Assembly (NCBI RefSeq): GCF_001194135.2
Contig: NC_068997.1
Location: 20,125,342 to 20,189,341 of the forward strand
DNA: 64,000 nucleotides
Direction: 5' to 3'
From: Octopus bimaculoides
Lineage: Eukaryota
Shown here one piece after another: positions 52,170-64,000 of the stretch (position 1 is the stretch's first letter; each line of letters opens with the position of its first letter). The notes below the pieces were generated by a model. It did not search any database. It saw only the letters and a list, made by a program, of their open reading frames with translations, and was not told the DNA's origin. The position numbers and the translations under genes are program-made.

Positions 52170-52440
52170 TATTTATTTCTTATAGTTTGGCCTTTCCAGG
52201 TCCTCTGGGACAAAGAAGGTTAATGCAGTTGATGTATCTTTTGAGAAATTATGAGTGGACAACTGCAGGAAAAAACAGGCAGAGAGGGAATTATAAAGGA
52301 GTGATGTTTCATGGTAGAAGGATTGACTGTAGGTCAGTGTGGTGGGGCCTAGAAAAGAAGACACAGTACGTGTGGTGAGAGGATGCAAGACTAGAAATTC
52401 AGGTCGGCCTGAGTGGAGTGGGGTCACAGGATCGACCATC
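52170..52440 (-). mobile_element. CR1/Jockey-like LINE 3' remnant
   Basis: TYSQSFYHETSLLYNSLSACFF resembles the Y..SF.P.T..LWN.LP..VF motif. Confidence 0.45.
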
Positions 52441-55177
52441 TATGAAAAGCAGAAACCACTGAAGTTTCTGTAGAAATGGTAGATAGAGAAGGCAGGGATT
52501 TGAATGTGTTGGTGAGCAACTTTATGACACTCAGAAAGATGGCCTTTTTCTGGATGCAGTCTAATATGTCTATATATAGCAGCCCAGTGAAGGCATGTGG
52601 CTTAGTGGTTAGGTCACAAGTTCGATTCCTGGTGGTGCATTGCGTCCTTGAGAAAAACACTTTATTTCACGTTGCTCCAGTCCATTTAGCTGACTAAAGT
52701 GAATAGTATTCATAATTCAAAGGGCCAGCCTTGTCACATTCTATGTCAAAGTGAGAACTATGTTAAGGTATGTCTGTGAAGTGCTCAGCCACTTGCACAT
52801 AAATTTCATGAGCAGGCTGTTATGTTGATCAAATCGACTGGAACACTTGATGTCATAACTGACAAAGTGCCAGTTTATAACAGCCCTACCATCTTGATAA
52901 AGAGGCAGTACTCAGGGCTGGATTAAGATCCATAGAAGCCCTAAGCACTTAAAAGGTTTTGGTGCCCTCAAGTATATGTTAATGGTTCAAAATGTAAACA
53001 AAAATAATTCAAAATGTAAATGATGATACACCATGAAATAAGTTTTTATTTTTCAAAATGAAACAAAATTCATAGTAAGATGGAAAATAATGTTTATTTA
53101 TGTATGCTTTCACTTTATTTATATTTGAAAAGTTTTCTCCTTCATGCCTGCACCTTATGTTATATTATGTTCTGTTTGGATTATTTATGAAATCTTAAAA
53201 ACTATACCAAAATACATGATATAAGCAGCAACAGAAATTGGGTGATTTTTTTCTATTACTGTGAATACTAGGTAACAGAAGACTCTGAAAAGAGCCAAGG
53301 CACTCTGAGACTCATCCAACTCATGTAAGCATGGTAAAGCAGACATGAAATGATAATAATGATTGTCAAATATCTCTTGTGAACCAATCTATTTCTCATT
53401 TACTGTTCTGTTTGTAAACATTGTGTACTGTTATTTACATATATGGAATTTATTTTAGTAAAACAATGTCACCTTATTATAATAATGTTCAGCACCAATT
53501 CATTACCTACTGGCCACTATTGATTCATCAACAGAACAATAAGTTTGTGACCGGCTGCTATTGCAATCTACATACATATAATTGACGAGATGTTGTTCAG
53601 TAACTTACAGTTCTGTCAGTGTTTGCTTTAGCCTTTTGAAGCTTCCAGGATCGATGTGGTACAAAAATAAAACAATAAAATTCTATCAAAATGTTCAAAC
53701 AAATCTGCTTAACCAGAAGCAACTGAAGCTATCAGACAACTTTAAGATGGAACAATGACAACAGCTACAATAACAACAACAATACCAACAACAATGCCTT
53801 ACAAGTATAACAGTTAAGTGGATTGAATCAACGAGATTGTAATTTTGTTTAACAACTACAATCTTATCTGTTGAGTCTTGAGAGGAAATGGAATGTCAGT
53901 ATAGAGTAATAATGATTTCCAACATTGGCAGAAAGGCTTCAACATTGGGCGATAGGTACAGTTAGTTAAATTGACCTCAGTACTTGACTGGTACGTTTTT
54001 TTGGTTTTGTTTTATCAGCTTTGGATGAATGAAAGACAGAGGTGATTTCAGTAAGATTTAAACTTAGATGTCATAACTAAATACCACAAAGGAGGCACTT
54101 CTGTCTTGCACTCTGCTATGTTGGTCAATCCAAGAAATATTGAGTAAGCAAATATGACAGATTAATTTGTCACCATCAGTTTAATGTCTACTTTTCCAAG
54201 CTTCCATTGGTCAGATGGAATTTGTTGAAGCAGATTTTCTTATGCCAACCCTTATCCATTTTCTGTCACAAACTTCAACTGTTTCTAGACATGCTTTACT
54301 CAGAAGGCTAGAATCAAGCAACCTCACTTGTATAATGATGATACTCAAAGACATTCCATCTGTGACGTTTGCATTCTTTATTAGTTTTTAACGTACTTAG
54401 GGCTATGTTATATAATGTATCCATCTTTTTAAAAATGGTAAGGTGTGACTTGAGTATGATTTGGCTGCTATTTCTTGCAGGTCAAGCAACTATACAGAAG
54501 GGTCCCTCACTGGCTTACTAGCAATATTATTGTTTTGATGAATGACTTATTAACTTGCAGTGCTGAGCTCTAATCAGGCAGAAATGATTTATTTCTCAAA
54601 TAATCAACACCACAAAAACTGAACCAACAAGAGAAATTATATAGCTGTTCGACCTGTTAGAAATAACAGCCATAAAATCACAGCCAACAATTTTTTAAAT
54701 GTATTTTTTTTTTAATATATTTCTTTAAAGAATTCATTTGATAACATTGTCCAAAATATATGGAATGACTGGATGGCCATGACTGAAGTATCTTTGGTCA
54801 TAGGTCTGCCCAAGCAGAGTTGACCTGGAGGGGGGGGGTTAAACAACAAGAATTGGAAATAAACACTGGATTATGTGGATCCTTGGGTTTTGGAAGAGAA
54901 TTAGGTTTTGTTTCATCTTAGTGATTAGAGTTCAAGAAGATTGGAATGAATTCTAGTGAATTGCTACTTACAATTTTTTTGTGTTGTTTTTATTTTGCTT
55001 GCTTCAGTCATTGGACTACAGTCATTGTTGGGACACCTCCTTGAAGGGTTGAGTTGAACAAATTGACCCCTCCCCCCAGTACTTATTGCTTATTCTATTG
55101 GTCTTTTTTGCTGAACCATTATATTATAGGGATGTAAACAAACCAACGCTGGTTGTCAAGTGGTAATGGGGGAAACA

Positions 55178-55242
<65 letters not shown>

Positions 55243-55539
55243 NNNNNNNNNNTATATATATATATATATATATACACATACACACATGCAATCACACAAT
55301 TACCTTCTACAGTTTCCATCTATCAAATTCATTCACAAGGCATTGGTCTAGCTGGGGCTATATTCGAAGACACTTGTCCAAGATGTTGCATAGTGGTACT
55401 GAATGTGAAGCTACTTTGTTGCAAAGCAAGCTTCATAACTACACATCCTTGTCTGCACCTATGAATATCAATTTTTATATGAATTTTATATAAATATTTC
55501 ATTAATTTATACATGCTTTCTTTCTTTTTATCATTACAG

Positions 55540-55716
55540 ACAGTGCCTATGCTTTTGATGACAGCTCTAGTGAGAGTGAAGATGAAATTATTAAAAGATA
55601 TCAACATTCCTTCAAAACTGAACAGAAAAAGCTTGAAAAAGAGATCATTAGTAGTCAAAGTATAAAACGAACAAAGAGTACCAAAAGCAATGATTTACCA
55701 TCACAAAACAGCACTG
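55540..55716 (+). CDS. Internal coding exon of an unidentified host gene (DSAYAFDDSSSESEDEIIKRYQHSFKTEQKKLEKEIISSQSIKRTKSTKSNDLPSQNST)
   Basis: Long polypyrimidine acceptor ctttctttctttttatcattacag, donor G|gtaaat. 177 nt, phase 1-1, open, and in frame with 63023. Confidence 0.8.
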
Positions 55717-56529
55717 GTAAATTTCTTTCTTTTATTAAAGAATTTATGCGTGTATGTATGTGCGTAGGTCTTTTATTTCTCAAGTTTAATGAATCGACCC
55801 TAGTACTTATTCTTTTTTAAGCCTGGTACTTATTATATCGGTCACTTTTGCCAAACTCCTGAGTCAGTTTTACTCCAATAAACATAGTATTTAACTTTCA
55901 GCTTTGTACCATTAATCTCATGCCATTTGTCTCAGTACCCTCTACAAAACATATTTCCAGTATGGCTTTGTAACCTTTAAGTACCATTTTGACATCACCT
56001 GACCACATCTTTCTTTAGTCCTGCTATAACTACTGGTCTATACCATGAGACAAAAGTCACAACTACCCAGGGATTACATCGTTTCCATTATTCCTTGTTC
56101 TCTCTCTTGTGTTCCTTTAACTCATTTACTGACACACAAATGTATAGCCGGTATGAAGGCACATAGCTCAGTGGTTAAAGTGTTTGGCTCTCAGTCATGA
56201 GGTAGTGAATTTGATTCTTGGATCAAGCTGTGTGTTGGGTTCTTGAGCAAGACACTTTACATTGTTCCAGTTCACTCAGCTGTAGAAATGAGTTGCGATG
56301 TCACTGGTGTCAAGCAGTATTGGCATTCGCCTTTCCCTTGGATAACATCGGTGGTGTGGAGAGGAGAGGTTGGTCTGCATAGCCAACTGCTGGTCTTCAA
56401 GAAACAGCCTTGCCTGGACTTGTGCCTCAGAAGGTGCAATCCCATAGTCATTCATGACCAAAGGGGGTCTTAGGTAGGTCTTATAATTATAGCCTGTGTT
56501 TCAGATGTGTCTTTGGCTTTACATGAACA

Positions 56530-56880
56530 ATAGATAGTGCCATAATTTTAGTTATTTTAACTTGTGAGAACTTCTCCGGATATGTCCTTGAGAACCTGTA
56601 AAACTACTTGGCATGATGGAAAATTTAGTTTACTCCCATCCTTTTGCAAGCAGAGAAATATAATTTTTCTCATTGCTTTCTCCTGGATTAGGTCCTGTGG
56701 CAAAGAAATGCTGCTTAATTTTACAAAATTCTCCTTCTTACATATTTTTCTTATAACTGAAAAATCTAGAAATTCCATTTGATCAGTTTGTGTGAAAAGA
56801 TTTGCCATAACACAACTGCTGTATAAATTGTCCACAGTATTTGAAATCCTGTAGGAGTTACAGGTGTTTATTTCTTCTTA
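56530..56880 (-). pseudogene. Possible piggyBac-like transposase C-terminal remnant
   Basis: NSYRIS...QMEFLDF and a decayed Cys-containing tail are weakly reminiscent of PGBD-type C-termini. No TTAA or TIR found. Confidence 0.2.
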
Positions 56881-57479
56881 TTCTTATGCATTCAGTTATG
56901 TTTTGAATCTGTGAGGTTTTTTCTTTTCATCTTTTTTTTGCAATTTTAATCTTTAGTTTTGTTACATGATTATGCGAGATAACCATTTTGGATGTGAAAA
57001 ACATGCATGTCAATAATTTTTTAAAAATTTGTGAAACAAGCCTCTTTTCNNNNNNNNNNNNNNNNNNNNNNNNNNNNNNNNNNNNNNNNNNNNNNNNNNN
57101 NNNNNNNNNNNNNNNNNNNNNNNNNNNNNNNNNNNNNNNNNNNNNNNNNNAAGTACTTCATTGAAAGTTTATTTGGTAATACTTGAATATCTTGTGTTTT
57201 GAATGCAGAAGCAAAGAGACATCACACCACAAGGGTCACATATTACAATAATAATAATAATAATCCTTTCTACTAAAAGCACAAGGCCTGAAATTTGGTG
57301 GGGAGGGAACTAGTTGATTACATCAACCCCAGTGTTTCACTGGTACTTAATTTATTGACCCCAAAAGGATGAAAGGTAAAGTCGACCTTGACGGAACTTG
57401 AACTCAGAATGTAAAGACAGATGAAATGCTGCTAAGAATTTTGCCCAGTGCTAACAACTCTGCCAGTTTGCCACTTTAT

Positions 57480-57890
57480 GTGACAAACTTATTGATGCTG
57501 GTTGAAAATCATAGCAGAAAATTTTCCTGAAATTTCAGTACAACCAAGTATTTTCTCTCACATGGAATTTCTAACATACTGTCTACACCACAGTGTATGT
57601 TTACAGTAGTTTGAACTTACCAGTACCACAAGAACTAACAGCACAGATAACAATGCTGTACTCACCACAAACAAATATAATTCCTACAGTTCAACAAATT
57701 CATATTATTAATCTCCAAGTTGGTGCATATGATTGTGATCTTTTTGCCCTGGCGTATGCATTTGAACTGGTCATTGGAAACTCTCCAGAGAAGTTCTTAT
57801 TTGATCAGTCAAAAATGTTAGCACATTTAAGATTTTGCCTTGAAAGCAATAAATTTGTTCCTTTCTTGAAACTAAAGTTTTTTCAAATGA
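57480..57890 (+). pseudogene. Ulp1/SENP-like (C48-type) cysteine protease relic
   Basis: VYVYSSL...QITMLY...INLQVGAYDCDLFALAYAFELVIGNSPEKFLFDQSKMLAHLRFCLESNKFVPF matches the Q.G..DCGLFA.A.A...FDQ.KMR.HL..C pattern. The His-containing strand appears deleted. Confidence 0.7.
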
Positions 57891-57924
57891 CAACAAAAGC
57901 CACAGAAATCATTCAATTTCTATC

Positions 57925-58735
57925 ACCCACCTAGAAATGGATTACTCCTCGAATATAGTTACAGTGAATCATGATTAACGGAAATTGCAAATGACATAGC
58001 TAAGATTAGCAAGGAAAATCAAACTTTCACGTATAATATTAGCAAACAAAGTACAGTATGTGACAGAATTCCTTTAGGGATTAACTGGCACCAAAATTTC
58101 GCTGGCATTTCAAAAGTGTTATACGCAAGTTACCAGCATGTTGTGGAAAAATATCCTCATGTCAAACAAATATTTCCTCAGCTGCCTATTGTAGCCTTTA
58201 GATGGAATAAAAGATATAAGAGAACTATTAACCTCTACTTCTGACTCCAAGGAAACTAACATTGGAGTTTCTGCATGCTGCACCTTGCAAAAAAAGTTGC
58301 AAAAGAGGTAAGCCTAGCTCAGTGTGCAACAACATGAGTCAAGTCAATTCCATCAGGAATCTTAATAGAAATGTTATGAATTATATGGAAGGTGGGACAT
58401 GTAGAGATTCCTATTTGGTGTACCCAACAGAATGCACCAAATATAACTTGACTTATGTTGGTTGTACAACAGAACAATTAAACAAAAGATTCAATGGGCA
58501 CAGTTATGACATCAGGCACAATAACAGTAGTTCAACAGAACTGGCTGAACATTTTACATCAAATGGCTGCAATTTTGAAAAAGACTAGAAAGTGTATATT
58601 CTCAGAAAATATTCTGAATCTGCTACACTTTCAGACCTCAGAATGCACAAGGAGAAATATGTTTGTGAGTTATTAACATCACGTCCTGAAGGGATGAATA
58701 AAATGACAGGGGAATTTTATCATATTTAAACAAAA
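57925..58735 (+). mobile_element. Penelope-like element 3' fragment, Neptune type (thumb linker, Cys cluster, GIY-YIG)
   Basis: DRIPLGINWHQNFAGISKVL...KQIFPQLPIVAFRWNKDIRELL, then PCKKSC...SVC, then YLVYPTECTKYNLTYVGCTTEQLNKRFNGHSYDIR...LAEHF, and a C-terminal YVCELLTSRPEGMN. Confidence 0.85.
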
Positions 58736-61454
58736 CTGTTTGATTGAATATTCTTCTTNNNNNNNNNNTTCCTCTTTTTTTTTCTTTTTCTTTTTGCCAG
58801 TTGTAAAATCGAAAATTGAAGACTGATGATGTTATTCCATCAACGTGGGAATGCAGGTGGCCCTCATTCAAACTTTTGAATTTCAATTTCAATAATTTTG
58901 AATTTCTATAAATCACTTTTCATTTTGAACTTGACAAAGACAGTCAAGCTGTTGAAACATTCAAACCAATAAAATATCTATTGCAATCGCATCACACTCT
59001 TTGTATTGTATATTTAATAATAATAATAATAATAATAATAATGGTTTCAAATTTTGACACAAGGCCAGCAATTTGAGTAGTGGAGTTAAATCAGTTACAT
59101 TAACCTCAATGCTCAACTGGTATGTATTTTATTGACTCCAAAAGGTTGAAAAGCAAAGTCAACCTTGGCAGAATTTGAACTCAGCACATAGTGCCAGAAA
59201 AAAAATGTCTTAATATTTTGTCCAATGTGTTAATGATTCTGCCATCTTGCCAATAATTTATTTCATCCACAACAAGAGCAATGGATGATAGGACTTTAAA
59301 ATGACAAAAACAGTGGATGATTTTTTAAAAGAATCTTGAGTGAGAAACAGGTGTGACTAAGAAATTAAATGAAATATAACAAAAATGGACCAGTAAACCA
59401 AGTCAATCAAGAAACCCCACAGATCCCAGATTACCCTTAATGTTAAGAGCAACTGCCCTCTACCAATTGTGTTCTCTGTCCTACAGGCACATACTGAAAG
59501 TAGTTCCATTTATCCAACCATGTTCCTTAATCTCACTCACCTTTCTGAACATTTACTGGACAGGGTCGTAAAGTTGCATGGTGACCCTGCCAGTGCAGGT
59601 GTCACTTACAAACCATCCAGTTCACACTGGAAAGTGGTTGGCATTTAGAAAGGTATTCAGCTGTAAAGACCATGCCAAAATTGATCTTACCTGTGCTGGC
59701 GCCATGTAAAATCCACTCAGCCCACTCTGCAGAGTGGTTGGTGCTAGGAAGGGAAACCAGCCATAAAAAACCATGCTAAAGCAGACAGAAGTATGGTGCA
59801 GGCTTCTGCCTGGCCAACTCCTGTCAAATATTCCAACCCATGCCAGCATGGAAGGAGGACATTAAACGATGATGATGATGATGATGATAGCATGTTCCTC
59901 TCCATCCATCCTCTCCCTGTGGTACTATGAGGACTTGGGTAAAGAGGAAAGTACCTGTCTTCAACCCTTTCAGTTGTGTCCACCATATGACTTTCTGAAT
60001 AGCCACAAGATAAAACTTTCTGCCTTCCCAGCAGCCACAGAAAGACAGTGGGGCAATTCTCATAATGGACATTGTTGATAGCTAAATCTGTCCTTCATGA
60101 AAACGATAATAATAATTTATTTCCATTGTATTTTCGGTTAAAATTCTCACTGCAAGCCAAGATGCAATATTGATCTATACGCAATATTAAAATGAAGAAA
60201 CATATTAAAATGAAGAACTATATGATGTAAATAGTTAAATATAATGATAAAACGAAATAACAAATATTACATAATAATAATGTATGATAGGACGCAATAC
60301 AATGAAAACAACTATAACAACAATAATAATAATAATGTACAGCATAATAGGATAAAACAGTAATATATCATAGCATACAAACAATCAATTGGAAAAGATT
60401 TTAATAATATGACTACAGTGATGCACAGATACACATACACACACGTCTACAGTTTGAGATGGCACAGTTTAGCTGTGATAAACACTGAAGCAAAAAAGAT
60501 AGTGTTTCTGAATCAAGTCATCCAGGTACAAATACATCTTTAAACATCTACACAGCCCATAGTTGTGGTGATTTCTGAGATAACACTGAATGTTCACTTC
60601 AGACTGGCAGCCCTGATATATTCCATAGATAAAGATGAAACGCCAGTGATTTGGGATTTAGTTTAGAAGGCTATTCCATTCAAAGAGTTACCAATTTACA
60701 GTTGAGTAGACTGGAACAATGTGAAATGAAGTGGTTTGCTCAAGAAAACAATGTGCTGCTTGATCCAGGAATTGAACCCATGGTCTAGTGATCATGAGTA
60801 CAATGCCCCAACCACTAAGCCATGTGCCTTCATGTTCTTTACTATGTATTTTAGTAAACTATAGTACAATGTGTTCTCTGTAATATTCTATATCATACAT
60901 TCTGTAGATTTGCTTCATGCCAGTGGCTAGTGTGGGGTGTGCAAACCACACAGGGCAACCACTTTAGATGTGTGGGTTGGGTGAACATATGCTGAAGCTA
61001 TGTTACATATAAGAAAGGGGGCAGCCTGTAGGCTTACTGTACAGGACAGTCAAAGCCCAGACTGTGTCGCTGTTTTGTGCTCTTATTAACTTTTTAGTAT
61101 TATTGAATGTTAGGTACATTCACCCTTATTTATTACATGTTCTGTATAACATACATTGCCACATTCCATATCATCATCATCATCCTCATTTCCATGCTTG
61201 TCTGTTTTTCCATGCTTATATGGATCAGACAGAATTTGTTGAGGTTGATTTTTCTATAGCCAGATGCTCTTCCAGTCACCAACTCTCATCTGTTTCCAAG
61301 CAAGATAATAGTTCCCCTAATTGGGCACCTTTTCCATGGAAGACTGGAAAAGAAGAACACTGCTTGTATGATGGTGATGCTTGTTTACAACCATCACATG
61401 ATGTCAAGACAAGGGTATGTACATGCAGAAAGAGAGAATGACAAGATATGTTCT

Positions 61455-61740
61455 GTTGTGGAAATCTGCTGCCCTCTGGACACCAATGGGGTTAGAAAAG
61501 TACCAAAGAAAGAGGACATCAATGGATCATTGATAAGGAGTTTGCAAATCGACTACCCAAGATACACTTTCAGCTTCATCCCTATTATTATTGAAGCAAT
61601 AAGATATATAACAATTCATCTGGAGCAAGTATGGTTGAGCTTGTGAACTTGGAGAGAGAATGCAGGCCCTTAATTCACACACTACAAATGATCATGATAT
61701 CTGAGACAATAAAAATCTGTAAAACCTTCTTGAGATTTAA
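61455..61740 (+). mobile_element. RLE-type non-LTR retrotransposon endonuclease remnant
   Basis: VVEICCPLDTN...DINGSLIRSLQIDYPRYTFSFIPIIIEAI... and a terminal ETIKICKTFLRF. Confidence 0.6.
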
Positions 61741-61851
61741 AAGGTGATGGTTAAAACAAGATGCTTTTCTTTACAACCTTGCTACCAAGTAGGAGGTGAC
61801 CAGTCAAAATGTACTTTAAATTAAAAAGAAAAAGAGAAGATACATACATAC

Positions 61852-61882
<31 letters not shown>

Positions 61883-62299
61883 ACATTGGGCTTCTTTCAG
61901 TTGCAAAATTCACTCAAGGCTTTGGTTGGCCTTGGGCTACAATAGAAGAGACTTGCCCAAGGTGTTGTGCAGTGGAACTGAACCTAAGACCATATTGGTC
62001 AGGAAGCAAGCTTTTCAACTATATAACCTGTGCCATGCACTCTTATATATATTGTATGTTCTTTACTCGTTTCAATAATGAATAATAAAAAAAGACTCAG
62101 TTTATAGTCCATAATAATGTGCAATCTTGCTAATTTGGTTAATATCCTAATGGGACCTATATTAATGTCTGTCTGTCTAGACTTATAATGCTTCCTATTA
62201 ATAAAATTTAGACTATCAGGAATATCCTGTATCACTCAAGCATTGAAATCCATCCTTATATCTTCATTGTTTTTACTATACTAAATATGTTCAGGTTTG

Positions 62300-62800
62300 C
62301 AAAGAAATCTTTTAAACCCAAACTAAATGATAACAAAGGAGATTTACTGTGAGCAGGTTGAGTGGCTTAAGTCAGTGCCAGAAGGAAAATGACCATCTTT
62401 GGTTTCAAGACGAAAGGAGTTCTTCCATCAGGTTAATGTTTGGCCACATCCAGTGAGGATGACATTCCAAAGGCTGGAGCAGTTTGAATGGGAAACAATA
62501 TCCCACCCACCATATTCGCTGGACATTGTCCCATCTGATTATCATTTATTCCTCAGTCTTCAAAATCATTTGAAGGAATAAAATATGAATTCTGTAGACA
62601 AGGTTAAAACAATACTAGAGGAGTATTTTTCATCACAGACAAGGGAATTTTGGAAGAGGGGCCTTGCAAGTCTACCAGAGAGATGGAAGAGAATTGTAGA
62701 AAACAAAAGAGAGTATATTTTAGATTAATAAAGAACTTCGTTTATCTTAATTTTGAAAAATAATAGAAGTATAAAAAAATCGCATTATATATGGGATGAC

Positions 62801-62804
<4 letters not shown>
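62300..62804 (+). pseudogene. Mariner (DD34D) transposase C-terminal fragment with right TIR
   Basis: FHQVNVWPH...WETISHPPYSLDIVPSDYHLFLSLQNHL...FWKRGLASLPERWKRIVENKREYILD*. TIR-like cgcattatatatgggatgacccaa ends at a TA run. Confidence 0.9.
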
Positions 62805-62841
<37 letters not shown>

Positions 62842-62972
62842 TTTTATATCTTTGTCTGACTGACTGTCTCTGTCTGTCTGTCTCTCTATCTGTCTATCTG
62901 TCTATCTATCTGTCTGTCTGTCTGTCTATCTGTCTATCTATCTACCTGTCTGTCTGTATGTCTATCTATCTG

Positions 62973-63011
<39 letters not shown>

Positions 63012-63022
63012 CTGTCTTGTAG

Positions 63023-63363
63023 TAAAGTCTACCGATTTGGCACCAAGAAAGGCATCTTCTGATGGAAACATATCCAGTAAATATCAAGATATCAAAGAAA
63101 CTAAAAAACTTGAAAAAAATAAAGTTAGTGAAGCAGTTCCAAAGAAAACTGAGGAAATCGTTCCCTCCCAAAGTACCACTACTCACTTATCAGAACCACT
63201 GGTAAGCAAAGAAGCAGAAACTTCCACATCAAAACTAACCACTATACACAATGATCGGCAAAGCGATGCTGAAGGAATAAGTAACCAAGCATTCCAAGAT
63301 GAAGTGTCCTTGTCAATGTCGGTCAACAGCGATGTTTTGGATAGCCCAGACCACAACTCCGAT
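63023..63363 (+). CDS. Coding exon of the same host gene ([26 protein letters not shown]...[30 protein letters not shown])
   Basis: Acceptor tctatctctgtcttgtag and consensus donor GAT|gtaagt. 341 nt, phase 1 to 0. It joins in frame to the 55540-55716 exon (G+TA = Val). Ser/Glu/Lys-rich and probably disordered. Confidence 0.85.
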
Positions 63364-64000
63364 GTAAGTGTTTTTTTAACTTCAAACTTAAGGGAATATT
63401 TCTGGTCAGTTACCCAAATTTGTAATGGTAATGTGACCTTGTCCAACAAACTATTGCAAAAAAATATTTATGGCTCTATGATTTGTTTATTTATTCTTCA
63501 CATGTTTCTGCAGATTCAAATGCAAATATGCTAGTCATTGTTGTGTATGTCACAGGAGAATAATTTCCCCCTTTTACAATGACAGTGTGTTCATAACACA
63601 TTCCACTCAGCTCATTGGCATAAGGAATTCTGGAACATTGGTTTTTTGATATGTTTTGTCTTGTCAGCCCAGAAGTACCCCAACCTTTGAACCTGAACAA
63701 GCCACTGGATTTGTTTCAGCAAACAAACTGTTTGCTGATCAGTGCTTATATCTGCCAATTGATAAAAAAATTATCTTGTGACTAGCACATTTGTATTTGA
63801 ATCTGCCAGAACGTATTAACGATAAGTATGCAAAACATTGTTTCAGATCTAACTGTACACAATACAAATGATTTTTTTTTTATTTATATAAATTGTATTT
63901 AAAGTGTTTTCCAGTATGCTCCAAAATATTTTAAATGTCTGATATGAGGTTCCATTCCTTCTACTTTGTCTGCATCAATGATTTTTTTTTGTTCTCACAT

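Overview
AT-rich eukaryotic DNA from a gapped draft assembly, with many N runs flanked by (CA)n, (TA)n, (TATG)n and (GA)n microsatellites. The SINE families and repeat landscape look like an Octopus (cephalopod) genome; this is an inference from recognising the repeats. Most entries in the ORF track are microsatellite or N artefacts. The interpretable content is mainly decayed mobile DNA: tRNA-derived SINEs; a Penelope/Poseidon-type element whose pseudo-LTR carries a tRNA-like Pol III head and a minimal hammerhead ribozyme (7.2-9.2 kb); an OTU protease relic (11.7 kb); a hAT transposase pseudogene (14.6-16.4 kb); hAT and Tc1/mariner MITEs; a solo LTR; a GG-terminal element with an 8-bp TSD and an internal (TTAGGG)7 array (23.7 kb); RTE, Tx1, CR1-like and RLE-type LINE remnants; a Ulp1 protease relic abutting a Neptune-type Penelope element (57.5-58.7 kb); and a mariner remnant. 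Two phase-compatible plus-strand coding exons (55540-55716 and 63023-63363) of an unidentified host gene lie in a CpG-depleted right third of the window. Other candidate exons are low confidence. All alignments, translations and folds were done by eye.
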